Assembly (NCBI GenBank): GCA_030264375.1
Contig: JASCQW010000119.1
Location: 10,742,249 to 10,806,248 of the forward strand
Direction: 5' to 3'
Length of the DNA: 64,000 nucleotides
DNA from: Carcharhinus longimanus
Lineage: Eukaryota
Positions 62,090-64,000 of the stretch are shown piece by piece. Position 1 is the first letter of the stretch, and each line of letters starts with the position of its first letter. Below the pieces are notes generated by a model that worked only from the letters and a program-made list of their open reading frames with translations, was not told the origin of the DNA and made no database searches. A program made the position numbers and the translations under genes.

Positions 62090-64000
62090 TTACAGAGAAT
62101 TGTTTAAGGGAAGGGCAGATTGGCAGCTTACGTCCATGGATACAAATGTTTCAGGCAGGATACAGGGGGATGAAAAAGGAATGGGGGAGTTACACTACTG
62201 GTTAAGGAGAATATCGCAGCTCTACTGCGAGAGGACACATCGGATGGCTCGTACAGTGAGGCAATATGGGTAGAGTTCAAGAATAGAAAGGGTGTACTCA
62301 CAATGTTGTTGGTTTAATTTAGGCTGCCAAACTTCCAACGGGAGGTAGAGGAACAGATATGTAGGCAGACTTAGGCAAGATATATCTGTGCTGGGTTTAT
62401 TGTGGTGAGAGAATTTAACACCCTGATATTGATTTAGACTCACTTAGTTAGTGCTAGGAGCATGGGGGTGGGGGTGTGGGGAGGGGGGGGGCAGAGATCG
62501 TAAGGAGCATCCAGGAGGGCTTCTTGAAAAAATATGTAGATAGCCCCAACGAAGGAAGGGGCCATACTTGTGATTCTGGAATGGGCTCGGCCGGGTGATT
62601 CAATAGGGGAGTAATTTGGGAACAGTGGTCACAATTCAGTAAGCTTTAAAGTAAGAATGGGAAAAAAAAGATAAGTGTTGTTCGCAAGTTAAGGTATTGA
62701 ATTGGGTGGAGGCTAATTACAAAAATATTAAGCAGAAAGTGAAGAATGTAGATTGGGGCTGATGTTTGAGGGAAAATCAACTTTGGCCCCGAAGTCTTCA
62801 AGAGCAAGTTAATAGGGACTTGGGACTGTTACACTTCTGTAAGAATGAAGATAAGTATGGCAAGTTTCAGGAACCTTGGATACCGAGTGTTGTTGTGAGT
62901 CTAGTCAAGGAAAGAGAAAAGGGTAATGCCATGGGTCGGAGCATGGAAGCACATGAAGCAAGTGTGGAATACAAGGACAGAAGAAAGAAAATTACTGAAG
63001 GAATAAGCAGGGCTAAAATGTTTCACAAAAAACATTGACCAACAGGATTGAGGAGAACCTCAAGGCTTTTAGCAAAATATGATGAACAAATGGTTAGCCA
63101 GGGAGCCGCTTGGCCAACTCAAGGACAGGGGATGGAATCTATGCGTGGAGCCAGAGTCAATGGGCGACGCATTAAATGAGAACTTTGCATCAGTATTCAC
63201 CAAAGAGCAGGATTGGTGGATGATAAGTCTGTGGAAGGGTTGTACATTACTTGAATCATGTTGAGATCAAAAAGGAGGTGTTACTAGGAATCCTGAGAAA
63301 CATTAATTTATGCAAGGCCCCAGGGCCTAACAATTCATACCCCAGAATACCGAGAGAGACAAAAGAGGAAATTGCTGAAAGAAATCTCTTCACCAGATAC
63401 AGGAGAGGTCACAGAAAACTGGAGAATAGCAATGTTGTTCCTGTGTTTAAGAACGGTAGCAAGAATAATCGAGGTAATTACAGGCCAGTGAGTGTTACCT
63501 CAGTGGAATGGAAATTATTGGAGAGGATTCTTCGAGAGGGGATTTACTCCCATTTGAAATGAAATGGGCGTATCGACAAGAGGTAACATGGTTTTATGAA
63601 GTGGAGGTCGTGTCTCACTAACTTCATCGAGTTTTTCGAGGAAGTGAGGAATCTGCTTAAAGAAGGTAGGGCAGTAGATGATGTATTCATGGATTTAATT
63701 AAGGCCTTTGACGATGTTCCTCAAGGCAGACTAGTGCAGAAAGTGAAGTCGCATGGAATCAGAGATGAGCTCGTAATTTGGATACAGAGCTGGCTCGCTC
63801 ACAGAACACAGAGGGCAGAAGTGGAAGTGTGCGTTCTGAATGGAGGGCTCTGAGAAGTGGCGTTCCTCAGGGATCAGTGATTGGACCTTTTCTGTTTGTA
63901 CTATATATAAATGATTTGGAGGAAAATGTAACTGGATTCGTTCGTATATTTGCAGACGACACACAAGTTGGTGGATTTGCGGATAGTGATAAGGACCATC
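62090..64000 (+). mobile_element. CR1 ORF2 (endonuclease to RT FADD), runs off the window
   Basis: [74 protein letters not shown] and FADDTQVGG. Confidence 0.95.

Noticed and set aside
1-64000. CRISPR arrays, prokaryotic operons, rRNA
   Set aside because: None seen. The sequence is eukaryotic, repeat-rich DNA.

Overview
Repeat-dense vertebrate genomic DNA with scaffold gaps (runs of N). The repeat families (CR1 LINEs, tRNA-derived HE1/V-type SINEs, Penelope-like elements, Rex1/Babar, RTE) point to a cartilaginous fish, probably a shark. I can support no intact protein-coding gene. Four things stand out between the ordinary LINE/SINE debris. (1) A decayed, internally deleted endogenous retrovirus (about 15.1-18.2 kb, minus strand). 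Its pol remnants look orthoretroviral class I-like, but its env has a paramyxo/pneumovirus-F-like layout, and a second diverged env homologue lies at about 52.7-53.1 kb. (2) Up to eight heavily decayed LRR/TLR-like pseudogene fragments across the window, the best one TLR21/22/13-like and split by the ERV. (3) A Gmr1-like Gypsy element with integrase upstream of RT. (4) Penelope-derived termini, one carrying an intact-looking minimal hammerhead ribozyme and one forming a fold-back palindrome. All protein calls come from manual translation across frameshifts and remembered family motifs, with no database search. Boundaries are approximate.
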